Origin: an uncultured virus (IMG/VR IMGVR_UViG_3300029914_000017)
Lineage: Duplodnaviria; Heunggongvirae; Uroviricota; Caudoviricetes
DNA length: 64,000 bases
Reading direction: 5' to 3' (one strand)
Virus record (IMG/VR): IMGVR_UViG_3300029914_000017
This document shows positions 32,789 through 42,544 of this stretch, piece by piece. The number at the start of each line of letters is the position of its first letter. Position 1 is the stretch's first letter. The notes under the pieces are model-generated. The model did not search any database, was not told the DNA's origin, and worked only from the letters and a program-made list of their open reading frames with translations. A program made the translations under genes and the position numbers.

Positions 32789-33652
32789 ATGAGTACAAAT
32801 TTTAAAACAGTGGGTGATGCTTGCCCAGTGGCTTATGTAGCCAAAAACAAGCAACGAGTTAAACAATATAATGATACTGTTTACTTGAAGAATGGAGATA
32901 ATTTCGAATTGGAGCTTTATAATCCAACTCAATTCAAAGTTCTTGCACAGATTGAACTAAATGGGGTGTCAATAGGCTCTGGAATCATTCTAAGGCCCGC
33001 TGAGCGAGTTTTTCTTGAGAGATATATCAACGAAGCCAAAAAGTTTTTATTTGAAACCTATGAGGTTAATGGAGAAAACAAAGAAGTTTTAAAAGCTATT
33101 GAGAAAAATGGTTTAGTATCTGTTAAATTTTATAAAGAATCGGTTAATTTTAATTGGGATTCTTTCACTATACCGCAACGGGATATATGGGGAGGTCCAG
33201 AAATTACATATTTTAATGGCTCAACTGGTAATCATTTATTTGGTCAACCAATAACCACAAGTAATGCTTATTATTCAAATTTAGGTAATTTAAGTTGCGG
33301 AAATTCAAATTCGAATTTACACTCGGATATGAGTGGTATTTCGAGTATCAGTACTAATTATTCTGGAAATAACGCTACTTTCACATCAGCAGGTGGCCAA
33401 TCAACCAATTCATTAAGGTCAAAAAAAACAATTGAAACTGGAAGAATTGAAAAAGGTTCTAAATCCGATCAAAATTTTGAAACGGTTGATGCTAAATTTG
33501 ATTTAGTACATAGTTGGATTAGTGAATGGAAGTTATTACCAGAATCCAGGAAACTGATAGTAGCTGAAGATTTGGTTAGTTATTGCACAATAGATGGTAG
33601 ACGGAGACGCAAAAATGAAATCTTTTGTCCGCTATGTGGAACTAAATTTTAA
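32789..33652 (+). CDS. Conserved-looking hypothetical protein: beta-rich N-domain, S/N/G-rich linker, C-terminal zinc ribbon
   Basis: VYLKNGDNFELELYNPT...FLERY; ETGRIEKGS; CTIDG...CPLCG. Confidence 0.75.
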   Translation: MSTNFKTVGDACPVAYVAKNKQRVKQYNDTVYLKNGDNFELELYNPTQFKVLAQIELNGVSIGSGIILRPAERVFLERYINEAKKFLFETYEVNGENKEVLKAIEKNGLVSVKFYKESVNFNWDSFTIPQRDIWGGPEITYFNGSTGNHLFGQPITTSNAYYSNLGNLSCGNSNSNLHSDMSGISSISTNYSGNNATFTSAGGQSTNSLRSKKTIETGRIEKGSKSDQNFETVDAKFDLVHSWISEWKLLPESRKLIVAEDLVSYCTIDGRRRRKNEIFCPLCGTKF

Positions 33653-33682
33653 ATAAATATTATCAATTACAAGGTTTAAAAA

Positions 33683-33718
33683 AAGGGCTATCGATTAATT
33701 TCGGTAGCCTTATTTTTG
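33683..33718. terminator. Intrinsic, probably bidirectional terminator at the convergence point
   Basis: AAGGGCTATCGA-TTAATT-TCGGTAGCCTT flanked by A- and T-runs. Confidence 0.8.
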
Positions 33719-33835
33719 TTGGTAAAAACAAACGTTAGGTACAATTTATTGGGTTATTGTTAGATATAACCAATGTTGCTATCAATATATTTGCATTGTT
33801 ATCATATGGTGTGATAATGGTGCAAAAACAGGTGA

Positions 33836-34189
33836 TTATAGGAACTTATTAAAGTTTTCTTTCATTTCATCTAAACCCTCTTTCTTTTCGCCAGATAATT
33901 CTTTTTCGGCCCAGTTTTTAGGCTTTGAAGCTGTATAATAATCTAATTTTTCAACCAAATGTTGTAATGCAATTATCTTTTGGAACTGGGTATCTTCTAA
34001 CGTATGTTCATGCTCTATTTGCTGCCCTATTTTGAGCATTTCTTTTACTTTACCATTAGTTACACTATTTAACTCTGCAATAAGCGTAATAGCCTTTAAA
34101 ATCATTTTTTCAATGTTATCCTGATGAACCCCATTCTTCTTTGAATTGAATGCAGAATATAAGTAATCAACTATTTCTTCTTTTTTCAT
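33836..34189 (-). CDS. DUF5661-like protein
   Basis: LKIGQQIEHEHT...IALQHLVE...DYY; TATTTATA 20 nt upstream. Confidence 0.6.
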   Translation of the reverse strand: MKKEEIVDYLYSAFNSKKNGVHQDNIEKMILKAITLIAELNSVTNGKVKEMLKIGQQIEHEHTLEDTQFQKIIALQHLVEKLDYYTASKPKNWAEKELSGEKKEGLDEMKENFNKFL

Positions 34190-34229
34190 TTGAATTATGA
34201 TTTATTTAATATAAATAGTTTATATATAA

Positions 34230-34292
34230 GAAAAAGATACCCTTTTGGAGGTATCTTTTGCAAATGTAGGTAAAATTTTTAATTTTGCCAAA
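34230..34292 (-). promoter_or_regulatory. Terminator hairpin (34232-34259) abutting an early promoter (TTTG-N20-TACATTTG, 34292-34261)
   Basis: Seen directly downstream of the NAMPT-like gene. Confidence 0.65.
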
Positions 34293-34296
34293 TAAA

Positions 34297-35901
34297 TTAA
34301 GAATTTTTTATTCTATCTCTAACTTCTTGCCATTGTGGTTCATTAATGAAAACACCATCCCTATAAACAAGTTTTAATTCAGAATTTTCATATTCTTCAA
34401 TTGTGGCACGATCTTTTAGATAATATTCACCAGATTCATCTTTAAATACAGCAACAAGACCTCTGGCAGATTTCTTGCCACCTTTATCAGTAATTGGATC
34501 TTTGAATAATTCAATACCGTGGCCATTGATTTCAGCGTAGGTACCCTTAAAAGCCAGCGAAAAAGTATCGCGTGTTTGAAATTGGTATCCAACTGATCCA
34601 CAGCCATATATGGTATTTGTTGATGTAAATCCTTTATCAGCTAAATTTTGGGATGTACGATCAATCCTTTCATTGTTGTTTGCCTCCCCGTACAACATAC
34701 CGATATGTTCATCAAGTTTTTTATAACCCATACCAGTTAAAGTACCACCAAAAATATCCCATAGAGCTTCGACTACACCTTTATATTCAATTTCATAGCC
34801 ATCAATACTATATAAATATGTTTTTTCAAGTGGAAGATACCAACCATTTTCATCTTTTATAATATCACCAGTAAAATTTTTATAGCCAGAAATAACCTCT
34901 ACTGGGGAATGACGAGAAGAATCTGGCCGAAGTACTATTTTACCATCACGGGTAAGAATTACATCTTTTAACCTCTTCATAAAATCAAAAATTGTAACCC
35001 AAGTATTAATTGTATCACAAACAATAGAAAGAATACCAGTAGGGCAATCTTCCGTCATTAATTTTTTAAATGTATCAAATTCAGCCTCACCAATGTAATC
35101 CCAATTATTATCATATTTATCCCAAATAAAAAATGATATATTTTGGCACATGATTGCGTGTTCACTCGCACTAACTGATTGAATTACAACACCTTGTGCA
35201 TTATAATAGTAACGTGCAGCTGGTATTACTGGTAATGTGTCGGAGCCAATAAAAGATGTTGCGTGTGCCAATCCAGAACCAATAAAGGAAGATTCACCTC
35301 CCATGCCTCTCATACTAAAGTCATGTCCCTGATAATCAACGAATTGAATACTTTCTGGGTCAGTTCTTAAAGCCCATTTAGCAAGTGTTCGATGATATGA
35401 CCTTGCAATTGTTGCAGTAGTAATAGGCTGCCAAGACATTGAAGAAAATATAGTCTCAAGATAATTCGTAACCCATGCGAAATGTTGGTGTGTATTACTG
35501 ATTGTAAGTAATGGAACGCCAAAAGGGACTTCATTACCTTCTTCAATTGTACGTAATTCAATCGGAAGATATTGTAAATCATGTAATTCTTCAAAATGAG
35601 TTACGTCGTAATCGACACCTAAATATAGAGTCATTTCATGTTTCATTTCCCCACACACATCGTCTTTAGGACGATTAAAAAAGTCATTTACAAACTTGTC
35701 ATTAATATATTTCATAACATAGTTTTCGCCAAAATTAGTTACTTTTTTACAACCCTTTGGCGCTCTTTTGTCCATTCTTGGGGTACAATTTGTTACTAAT
35801 TTTGTTAATCCATTGGCTTCCATGAACTTATGTCCAATTTTATAACCATCTGTTAACATTAAAGCATTTAGAAAAAACGTGTTCTTTAAAAATTCATTCA
35901 T
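34297..35901 (-). CDS. Nicotinamide phosphoribosyltransferase-like enzyme (Namat of NARP1)
   Basis: TDGYK.GH, NCTPR, TNYLET, HDFSMRG, GSDT, SEHA, SIVCDT, LRPDS, KDPITD..KKSARG. Confidence 0.9.
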   Translation of the reverse strand: MNEFLKNTFFLNALMLTDGYKIGHKFMEANGLTKLVTNCTPRMDKRAPKGCKKVTNFGENYVMKYINDKFVNDFFNRPKDDVCGEMKHEMTLYLGVDYDVTHFEELHDLQYLPIELRTIEEGNEVPFGVPLLTISNTHQHFAWVTNYLETIFSSMSWQPITTATIARSYHRTLAKWALRTDPESIQFVDYQGHDFSMRGMGGESSFIGSGLAHATSFIGSDTLPVIPAARYYYNAQGVVIQSVSASEHAIMCQNISFFIWDKYDNNWDYIGEAEFDTFKKLMTEDCPTGILSIVCDTINTWVTIFDFMKRLKDVILTRDGKIVLRPDSSRHSPVEVISGYKNFTGDIIKDENGWYLPLEKTYLYSIDGYEIEYKGVVEALWDIFGGTLTGMGYKKLDEHIGMLYGEANNNERIDRTSQNLADKGFTSTNTIYGCGSVGYQFQTRDTFSLAFKGTYAEINGHGIELFKDPITDKGGKKSARGLVAVFKDESGEYYLKDRATIEEYENSELKLVYRDGVFINEPQWQEVRDRIKNS

Positions 35902-35915
35902 AATTTTATATTTAA

Positions 35916-36872
35916 TTAATAATTTGTTAATAATTTGCTTGGGTGAACGGCATTCACCCCGATTGATTTATATTTTTCAAGTATTTGATGATCATCATCG
36001 ACAACCATACAATCACATACGTTGAGTTTAAGTTTTTTAATAAGTTGTTGTAAAAATACGTGTTTAAAGTTACGATTTCCAACAAAATAAATATTTTCAT
36101 CTTTGATGAAACCAGCGTGATGCAATAACCACGTTAATTTTTCTTGATTAGCAATACTATTTGGGGAAGCACTTACTACATAGATTGTTTTTCCGCTATC
36201 CTGAAGCTTTTTAAGTTTATCAATTACTTCTTTTACTGGTTTCCCTTTCAGGAAAACCGAATATTGAACGAAGTCAATATTACCATTCTCATCAGTGTGT
36301 AAATCCTGATATTCAGCCATCGTACCATCTAAATCGGCAAATATGTGACTGTCAGTGAAATAGTCAACTTGAACAAATTCGTCAGATAATAAACGTAATT
36401 TTACAGCAGCTGTTTGTAATTTATAAGCCTTATCAATAATAGCTGATTTTTTAACAAAACGATCACCATTTTCATAACGTATTTCATTCCTTTCAATACA
36501 TATGTTAACTGGTGTATTAATAAAAACAACTTTAATATGGTAATCCAACTTTCTTAATTCGGTTATTATACCAACGGTATAACTATTGTTAATACCTCCC
36601 CCGTCCATAACCAGATTATACCCACCTTCAGTATATTCGAAAACTTTATCTCTTGCCAATTTAACACATTCTTCATGAATTAATTCAGGGTTTTTGGGAT
36701 CATAATCTGGGTGATTAATTCTAATTTCATCCGCTGAGATTAAAATATAAGTGCTTTCTTGTAAGCAAAAAACCCTACCAAGTGAACAGCTGTTAACGAA
36801 TTGGATACGATCTTCTATAAATTTACTCTTTCCACTTCCTGGAAGTCCAAGCATAAATATTGCTTCTTTCAT
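35916..36872 (-). CDS. P-loop kinase plus HAD phosphatase fusion (polynucleotide kinase-phosphatase-like)
   Basis: GLPGSGKS, SADEIR, CIERN; FADLDGT...VSAS...K...VDDD. Confidence 0.8.
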   Translation of the reverse strand: MKEAIFMLGLPGSGKSKFIEDRIQFVNSCSLGRVFCLQESTYILISADEIRINHPDYDPKNPELIHEECVKLARDKVFEYTEGGYNLVMDGGGINNSYTVGIITELRKLDYHIKVVFINTPVNICIERNEIRYENGDRFVKKSAIIDKAYKLQTAAVKLRLLSDEFVQVDYFTDSHIFADLDGTMAEYQDLHTDENGNIDFVQYSVFLKGKPVKEVIDKLKKLQDSGKTIYVVSASPNSIANQEKLTWLLHHAGFIKDENIYFVGNRNFKHVFLQQLIKKLKLNVCDCMVVDDDHQILEKYKSIGVNAVHPSKLLTNY

Positions 36873-37060
36873 ATTTTTGTTAATTTATATTTAAAAGTCG
36901 TTATATACCCGAAAAAATCTAAAAATTCAGCTTTGATTAAAGAGTTTGATATTTCACCTATATTATTTTTTGAATAGTGTAATGGAATTACTCTATAGTT
37001 ATTAAAAGCCGCGTGTAATATATATTCAGCACCAAAAATTAAATCATTTTCTTTCATTAT

Positions 37061-37894
37061 TCATAGTTTAAAAATTTTTACTCGATCATTATCCTGTATA
37101 TTACATCTACTGTCAGTTGTGAATATCATTTCAAATTCTTTAAGAAGATGTTCAATCCCCTCATTAAAAATCCCATGAGAAACAGCTAAATAACACTTGT
37201 TTTTAATTTGACTTTTAATACCTAAAAACGTACCTCCAGCTAAACAAATATCATCAATTATTAAAACATCTTTATTTTCATCAAATTTTGGAACAACAAA
37301 TGTTTTCTTTCCAGTTTCATGATTTCTTGATTTTGCACAACATTCAATTTGTCCCTTAAAACCAATTTTTTCACAAAGAGCAAATATTTTCTTGTATGCT
37401 CCGCCATCAGGGGCCAAAATAATCAATTTATCATTTAAATAAGAACCGAAATAACTTTTTTCAAATTTGGAGATTACATCTGAAATAAAATCTGAATTAT
37501 CGATTATTTTACAGTTATTAAGCAGAGCACCAGTAACATCCGAATGAGCGTCATAAACTGTAATATGGTCTACGTTCATCGAATTAATTAAGTTACATAC
37601 AGTCTTCAAGCTGAAACATTCACATTCTCCAAAATCGCGATCAGCCTGTTGATAGGCCATATAAGTTATAAAAATTTCTATTTCAATATCTCTACATAGT
37701 TTATTAAAAGTATCAACAACCAAAAGTAGAAACATTATATCATCCGAAGATTTTAAACTTGTTTTTATTTTCAAGTACGTATCATAACTTGTGACATAAT
37801 ATTCATCCAATTGAAAATGAATCTCACCTCCTGGAAATTTCCAAGCCTTGTATTGATCCGTTTCACAGATCCCATTCGTTAAATCTAATACCAT
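37061..37894 (-). CDS. PRPP synthetase-like enzyme (Adps of NARP1)
   Basis: FPGGE, YMAYQQADR, DAHS, APDGGA, IIDDICLAGGTF, VSHGIF. Confidence 0.9.
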   Translation of the reverse strand: MVLDLTNGICETDQYKAWKFPGGEIHFQLDEYYVTSYDTYLKIKTSLKSSDDIMFLLLVVDTFNKLCRDIEIEIFITYMAYQQADRDFGECECFSLKTVCNLINSMNVDHITVYDAHSDVTGALLNNCKIIDNSDFISDVISKFEKSYFGSYLNDKLIILAPDGGAYKKIFALCEKIGFKGQIECCAKSRNHETGKKTFVVPKFDENKDVLIIDDICLAGGTFLGIKSQIKNKCYLAVSHGIFNEGIEHLLKEFEMIFTTDSRCNIQDNDRVKIFKL

Positions 37895-37905
37895 TTTTAT
37901 TTATT

Positions 37906-38829
37906 TTAATTGATTATAAATTTAAAATCATCGTTACATAAGTCTTCTGTAATATCAAAATGTATACTCCCGATATAAAACCAGATACGTAAAAATTTAA
38001 TAGAACAACTTGTTAAAATTGAACAACTTTTCACAACCGTATTTCCATCGTAATGAAATCCTTCATATTTATCCATTGAATAATCATCTTTTTTAATGAA
38101 AATATTGATAGATTTATCTAACAAATTATCATTGACATATTTTTCTAAAATTTCTAAATCCATTCTATTTATTTTTAAATTATTTTAGTTAATTTATATA
38201 TGGCTTAATCCATGTTTTTTCTTCGCCATCCTTGACATATATTATTTCAGATTTGCCTAAACGTGTTACAACATCATAATAATCTGTGTTTATATTTGTC
38301 ATATATCTTTTAGCTTCCAAAGTAATAGCAAAAAAACATTCGACTGGAAACCAATATTCTTTTAAATGTTTTTCATCTTCGATTGAGTAAAAAACCACCT
38401 CACTTCTAATATGTGTTATTTTTAACAAACGAACGCAGTCAGATTCTCCATCAAAATAATAAAACTCACCACCAACCTTCAGATATTCTTTTGGCATATA
38501 CTTATGAGGTGTTATTTTTTGTTTTTTCTCATCATTAAGAATAAACATTAGTTTATCAATATCACCAAAATCCATTTCCATAATTAGTTATTTCTTTATT
38601 ATTTTACAAAATTTGGGTTTCCACTATAAACTTCCCACGATAGATGTATCCACCCGCTTGGTATGTAGTGGCTTTTACCTGCATCATCAAGTAATCTATG
38701 ACCACCGCTTTCACTCACATTTAAATGTGTTGGCTTAGTTATTGTAATTTTATCTCTATTTCCCCATTCATAAGTTCTGTATTTTTCAGTACTTATATTT
38801 TTAAATTCTAATCCACTTTCGTTTCTCAT
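37906..38829 (-). other. Hypothetical CDSs (37906-38163, 38189-38581, 38599-38829)
   Basis: Abutting ORFs. Confidence 0.65.
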
Positions 38830-38839
38830 ATTATTTATT

Positions 38840-39856
38840 TTAAATTATTTCTTTGAATTTTGTTTTTGGTAAGTTTCCACTTAAAATCGCGTTTCCACAA
38901 GTTATAAGCCCATTATCTTCATCATATGATGGTACGAATACTATAACTTCAAATCCAACACGTTTTAATTCAGTTTCCTTTTGTTTATATGGAGTAAAAG
39001 CATCATATCCACCCGTTGTTTCGATATTGTTTTCAATACAGCTATTTGTTTTATGCAGTGGTGTTAATTTGCACATAAATTTATTTGGGTCGAATAAATT
39101 AACTAACCTATCCGCGTCAAGAATATATTTATCAGCTAATGCAAAGTTTAAAGCATATTTTCGACCAATTGGTTCAGGTAACATTTTTCCTATTTCTGAT
39201 ATTTCTTCTAATGATAGGCTATTTCCAGAAAACATATATTCCCGTTGTTCATTATCCGTTGAATTGATCGAAAATTGTAATCCAGCCTCCCCATTATAAA
39301 GTTTGTTTTTAATATCACTACACCAAATCATTAAAAACTTAATTAAATTCTTATTTGCTTTTGGTAACATAGTTGATATTACTGGGTGAATAGTTCCCGA
39401 ACCTTCCCAAAAATTGTAAATATTTCTATGTAAACAAGTTGCAAGATCCAAGACGTTACCATTCCACGAAGGTTCCCCGCAACGAGCGATATGTAAATTT
39501 AGTCTTTTAGTTGATTTTATCTCAGGATGTAAAGATAGACCAGCTAAAACTTGGTCTAATAGGTCATGATAAGTAGCATTTAAACCAGGCCCAACCTTTG
39601 GAACATCGCAAAATTTACAATTCATAGAACAACCGTATTGACTACTTATTGTTATTACGAATTTCTCTGTTAAGGGCATTATTTCACCATTTGGAACTCC
39701 ATTTAATTCTCTTGATATTCCAAGAAAATCAGCTTTTATATTAGAATTTTTACCATAGTCACCTACAGTTAAAAACTCCAATAGCCCTTTCTCCCCTTGC
39801 ATAATGCAAATATTACCAGTAGGGACTTCAATGTTTCTAATTACTTTATTTTCCAT
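38840..39856 (-). CDS. RlmN/Cfr-like radical SAM enzyme (divergent)
   Basis: ISSQYGCSMNCKFC, GEP, IST, LQFSINS, C-terminal TCG. Confidence 0.8.
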   Translation of the reverse strand: MENKVIRNIEVPTGNICIMQGEKGLLEFLTVGDYGKNSNIKADFLGISRELNGVPNGEIMPLTEKFVITISSQYGCSMNCKFCDVPKVGPGLNATYHDLLDQVLAGLSLHPEIKSTKRLNLHIARCGEPSWNGNVLDLATCLHRNIYNFWEGSGTIHPVISTMLPKANKNLIKFLMIWCSDIKNKLYNGEAGLQFSINSTDNEQREYMFSGNSLSLEEISEIGKMLPEPIGRKYALNFALADKYILDADRLVNLFDPNKFMCKLTPLHKTNSCIENNIETTGGYDAFTPYKQKETELKRVGFEVIVFVPSYDEDNGLITCGNAILSGNLPKTKFKEII

Positions 39857-40383
39857 TATTTTTTAAATAAAACAAGTGTTACATAACAATCTTTTAATTC
39901 TTTTTTGATAATCTCTCTAACAATATCCAGATCACCACCAGCAAGGCCACAGCAAATGGTTGGCATTACAATTCTTAGGCCCTTAAATTCATAATTAATT
40001 TTTCTTAAGCATAATATTAATGCTTCATAGTCTGCAGGTTTATTAGTGCCGTCTAAATGATTTTTACCATAGTTAAATTGTGAATAACAGTTGCAAATAG
40101 TAATCCGTTTCATACTGATAGTTGAATCACTTACTTCAAAGGTATTTCCATCTTTTAAATAAAAATCTTTGTAATCAATTTGACCAAGTTTATTGATATC
40201 ACCTTTTCCAGTTAATTCCATCGGAAACACATCTGTATGAAAATGTTTTTTAAATGGTATTACCAAGCCAGCTCCTTGAGTGTTAAAGCAATTTAGACCT
40301 TGCAACGAAACGTCATATTGTTCACTAAATATTTCGATAAACAAATTTCCCTCTATTTCTTTATATTTTTCTTGATTCTCCAT
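39856..40383 (-). CDS. Macro-domain (ADP-ribose hydrolase-like) protein
   Basis: IEGNLF, QGLNCF..QGAG, N.YSQF.YG, P.ICCGLAGGD. Confidence 0.85.
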   Translation of the reverse strand: MENQEKYKEIEGNLFIEIFSEQYDVSLQGLNCFNTQGAGLVIPFKKHFHTDVFPMELTGKGDINKLGQIDYKDFYLKDGNTFEVSDSTISMKRITICNCYSQFNYGKNHLDGTNKPADYEALILCLRKINYEFKGLRIVMPTICCGLAGGDLDIVREIIKKELKDCYVTLVLFKK

Positions 40384-40935
40384 TGTAATATTTTAACTAT
40401 TAATTTATATGAAAATGATTTATTTATTTTTGGCCTTTTTTTATTTAAATCCACTACTAACTCCAACATTTTCCCAGGATTTTTAATCCAAAATGCGCTT
40501 GGAATGAATATAGTATTATGAATCCAAATTTGGAAATCCAATGGAATAATAAAATTCCAGATACAATATAACCCACCAAGTAATATTGGTACTATAACCA
40601 ATGTCCAGAAAATCAATCCTGTTATTATTAATAAGTTTTCCATTTGATCAATCTGGAACGTAATCGTTAATATATCCAATTGTTTCTTCCGCTTGCAATA
40701 CTTCGGCAGTTGCGTTTGTCACTATTGCGGTATAATGTGGGTGATATAATTCTGAGTTTCCCAAATGACACATTAAAAATCTTGAAGCAAATTCAAAATC
40801 TTTCATTTTGTAATCAAACCACTCTTGAAAATCATTTTCAAGTTGTTCTTGTTGAGATGCTTCTAAAAACATATTAGCATCTGATTTAGAATCAAAAAAA
40901 TCTTGTAATAAGTTAATTTTTTTCATTTTTATTTA

Positions 40936-41178
40936 TTATTCTACTATTTTTAATAACTCTTTTAATGAATCAATATCAAGAGTTTTCAAATCACCTTCAT
41001 CTGGCCCACAAGAAAGTATACTTGATACTATCTTATTTAAAATACTACAATCGATTTTATAATCTTCAAAATAATCACTAGTTTCTTGAATCATATCTAC
41101 AACATCTGATTCCTCATATTGCCCAATAACATCGTTAAAGTCTATTTCAACTTCGTTTGTAATTTTTATTGTTTTCAT
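40936..41178 (-). CDS. Hypothetical protein, paralog of 42545-42787
   Basis: Colinear 80-aa sequences (IGQY, ILN.I...ILSC, LLKI.E). Confidence 0.75.
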   Translation of the reverse strand: MKTIKITNEVEIDFNDVIGQYEESDVVDMIQETSDYFEDYKIDCSILNKIVSSILSCGPDEGDLKTLDIDSLKELLKIVE

Positions 41179-41193
41179 TTGTTTAATTAATTA

Positions 41194-41739
41194 TTAAAAT
41201 GGTAAATCATCATTTATTACACTCTTTGGAAAATGATCATTAAAATATTTTAATTCAGCCTCTGACGTTAATATATTATTAATTTTTAAGTCATATTCGT
41301 GCTTTGTATAGCCTTTAAATGCATATTCTTTCTTTTTGAACCAAATATCTTCCTCATCTTGCAATTTGATTTTTATGTCATCAAATTCAATAATTGTATA
41401 ATCAACTGGCCCATTATAAGTAAGAACATCATAAAACTCATTATTTAAACCTTCAAAGCAAAATTTTGAATCGCCAACGTGTGATCCTTCCTTACAATCT
41501 ACCAATTCTTCAAAATATTTAACTATTTTATTTGAATCAAATTCTTTACCCGATACAACGAGATCAACCTCATCAACTCTTCTTTTAATATCATAACCAT
41601 ATAATCTAAGGGCAAGGCTACCACCAATTATAAACCCAGCTTCATTTAAGTCAGCTAATTTTTGAGCAGTAAATGCGGTATTTGTATCGGTATTCTGTTC
41701 ACATAGATTATTGTGAGCAAACTCATATTTTGATTTCAT
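41194..41739 (-). CDS. Pol-beta superfamily nucleotidyltransferase-like protein with SSB-type DDLPF tail
   Basis: IGGSLAL...VDEVDLVV...YDV; KHEYD; ends NDDLPF. Confidence 0.65.
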   Translation of the reverse strand: MKSKYEFAHNNLCEQNTDTNTAFTAQKLADLNEAGFIIGGSLALRLYGYDIKRRVDEVDLVVSGKEFDSNKIVKYFEELVDCKEGSHVGDSKFCFEGLNNEFYDVLTYNGPVDYTIIEFDDIKIKLQDEEDIWFKKKEYAFKGYTKHEYDLKINNILTSEAELKYFNDHFPKSVINDDLPF

Positions 41740-41752
41740 ATTATTTATTTTT

Positions 41753-42544
41753 TTAAATTATGTTTGGTATATTTTTTTTTAATGTGTTTATTATATGAAA
41801 TTGCTGTATTTTTAGCATTGCAATGCAGTTTAATTCTGTTTTCCAGTTTATGCTTTCCAAAGTACTTGTTACAACATCTTTAAATTCAGGTGCAATAGAT
41901 ATTTTATATTCGGCTGAATAAGATTCATCTTCTTTTAATATTTTCCCAGCAGAAGCCCCCCAATAGCACATTCTAATATCAAAGTCTTTATTTTCATCAT
42001 AACCCTTACTATCTTGCCTGATTATTTTGATTGAGTCAAGTTTATTTTTAGATTTTTTATTTAATTCAAATTCTGGGCGTTTATAAATATTAAAACAACA
42101 ATGAAGCGGAATGTCACTATAATCAATTTTACCTAAATCTTCAGAATGAATTAAATCAAATTCAAACATACTGTTAGTGTTATTCAATTGGGAAATTGGT
42201 AGAATAAAGGAAATATAATCACCTAATTCAATCGATTTTTTATAAAATTTTTGAGCCAAATTCATTTTTGACCCAAAAGGTGGATTTCCAATAATTAATC
42301 GGCCATATAAGTAGTCAACATCAAGTTCTAAATAGTCCTGTTTAACTATACTTGGGTGTTCTGGCTCTATATCATAGGACCAACAAGTAGTTGGAATTTG
42401 AAGACTAAATGACCCATCACCAGCACTTGGTTCTATAACTTCACTAATGTTTGTTTCTCCTATAATTTCATATGTTTTATCAATACAATATTTAGCAGTT
42501 TCAATCGGAGTGTAATATTTATCTAAATCAATTTTATTGCTCAT
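41753..42544 (-). CDS. N6-adenine DNA methyltransferase (gamma class), orphan
   Basis: DKYYTP, EPSAGDGSF, YDIEP, GNPPF. Confidence 0.85.
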   Translation of the reverse strand: MSNKIDLDKYYTPIETAKYCIDKTYEIIGETNISEVIEPSAGDGSFSLQIPTTCWSYDIEPEHPSIVKQDYLELDVDYLYGRLIIGNPPFGSKMNLAQKFYKKSIELGDYISFILPISQLNNTNSMFEFDLIHSEDLGKIDYSDIPLHCCFNIYKRPEFELNKKSKNKLDSIKIIRQDSKGYDENKDFDIRMCYWGASAGKILKEDESYSAEYKISIAPEFKDVVTSTLESINWKTELNCIAMLKIQQFHIINTLKKNIPNII

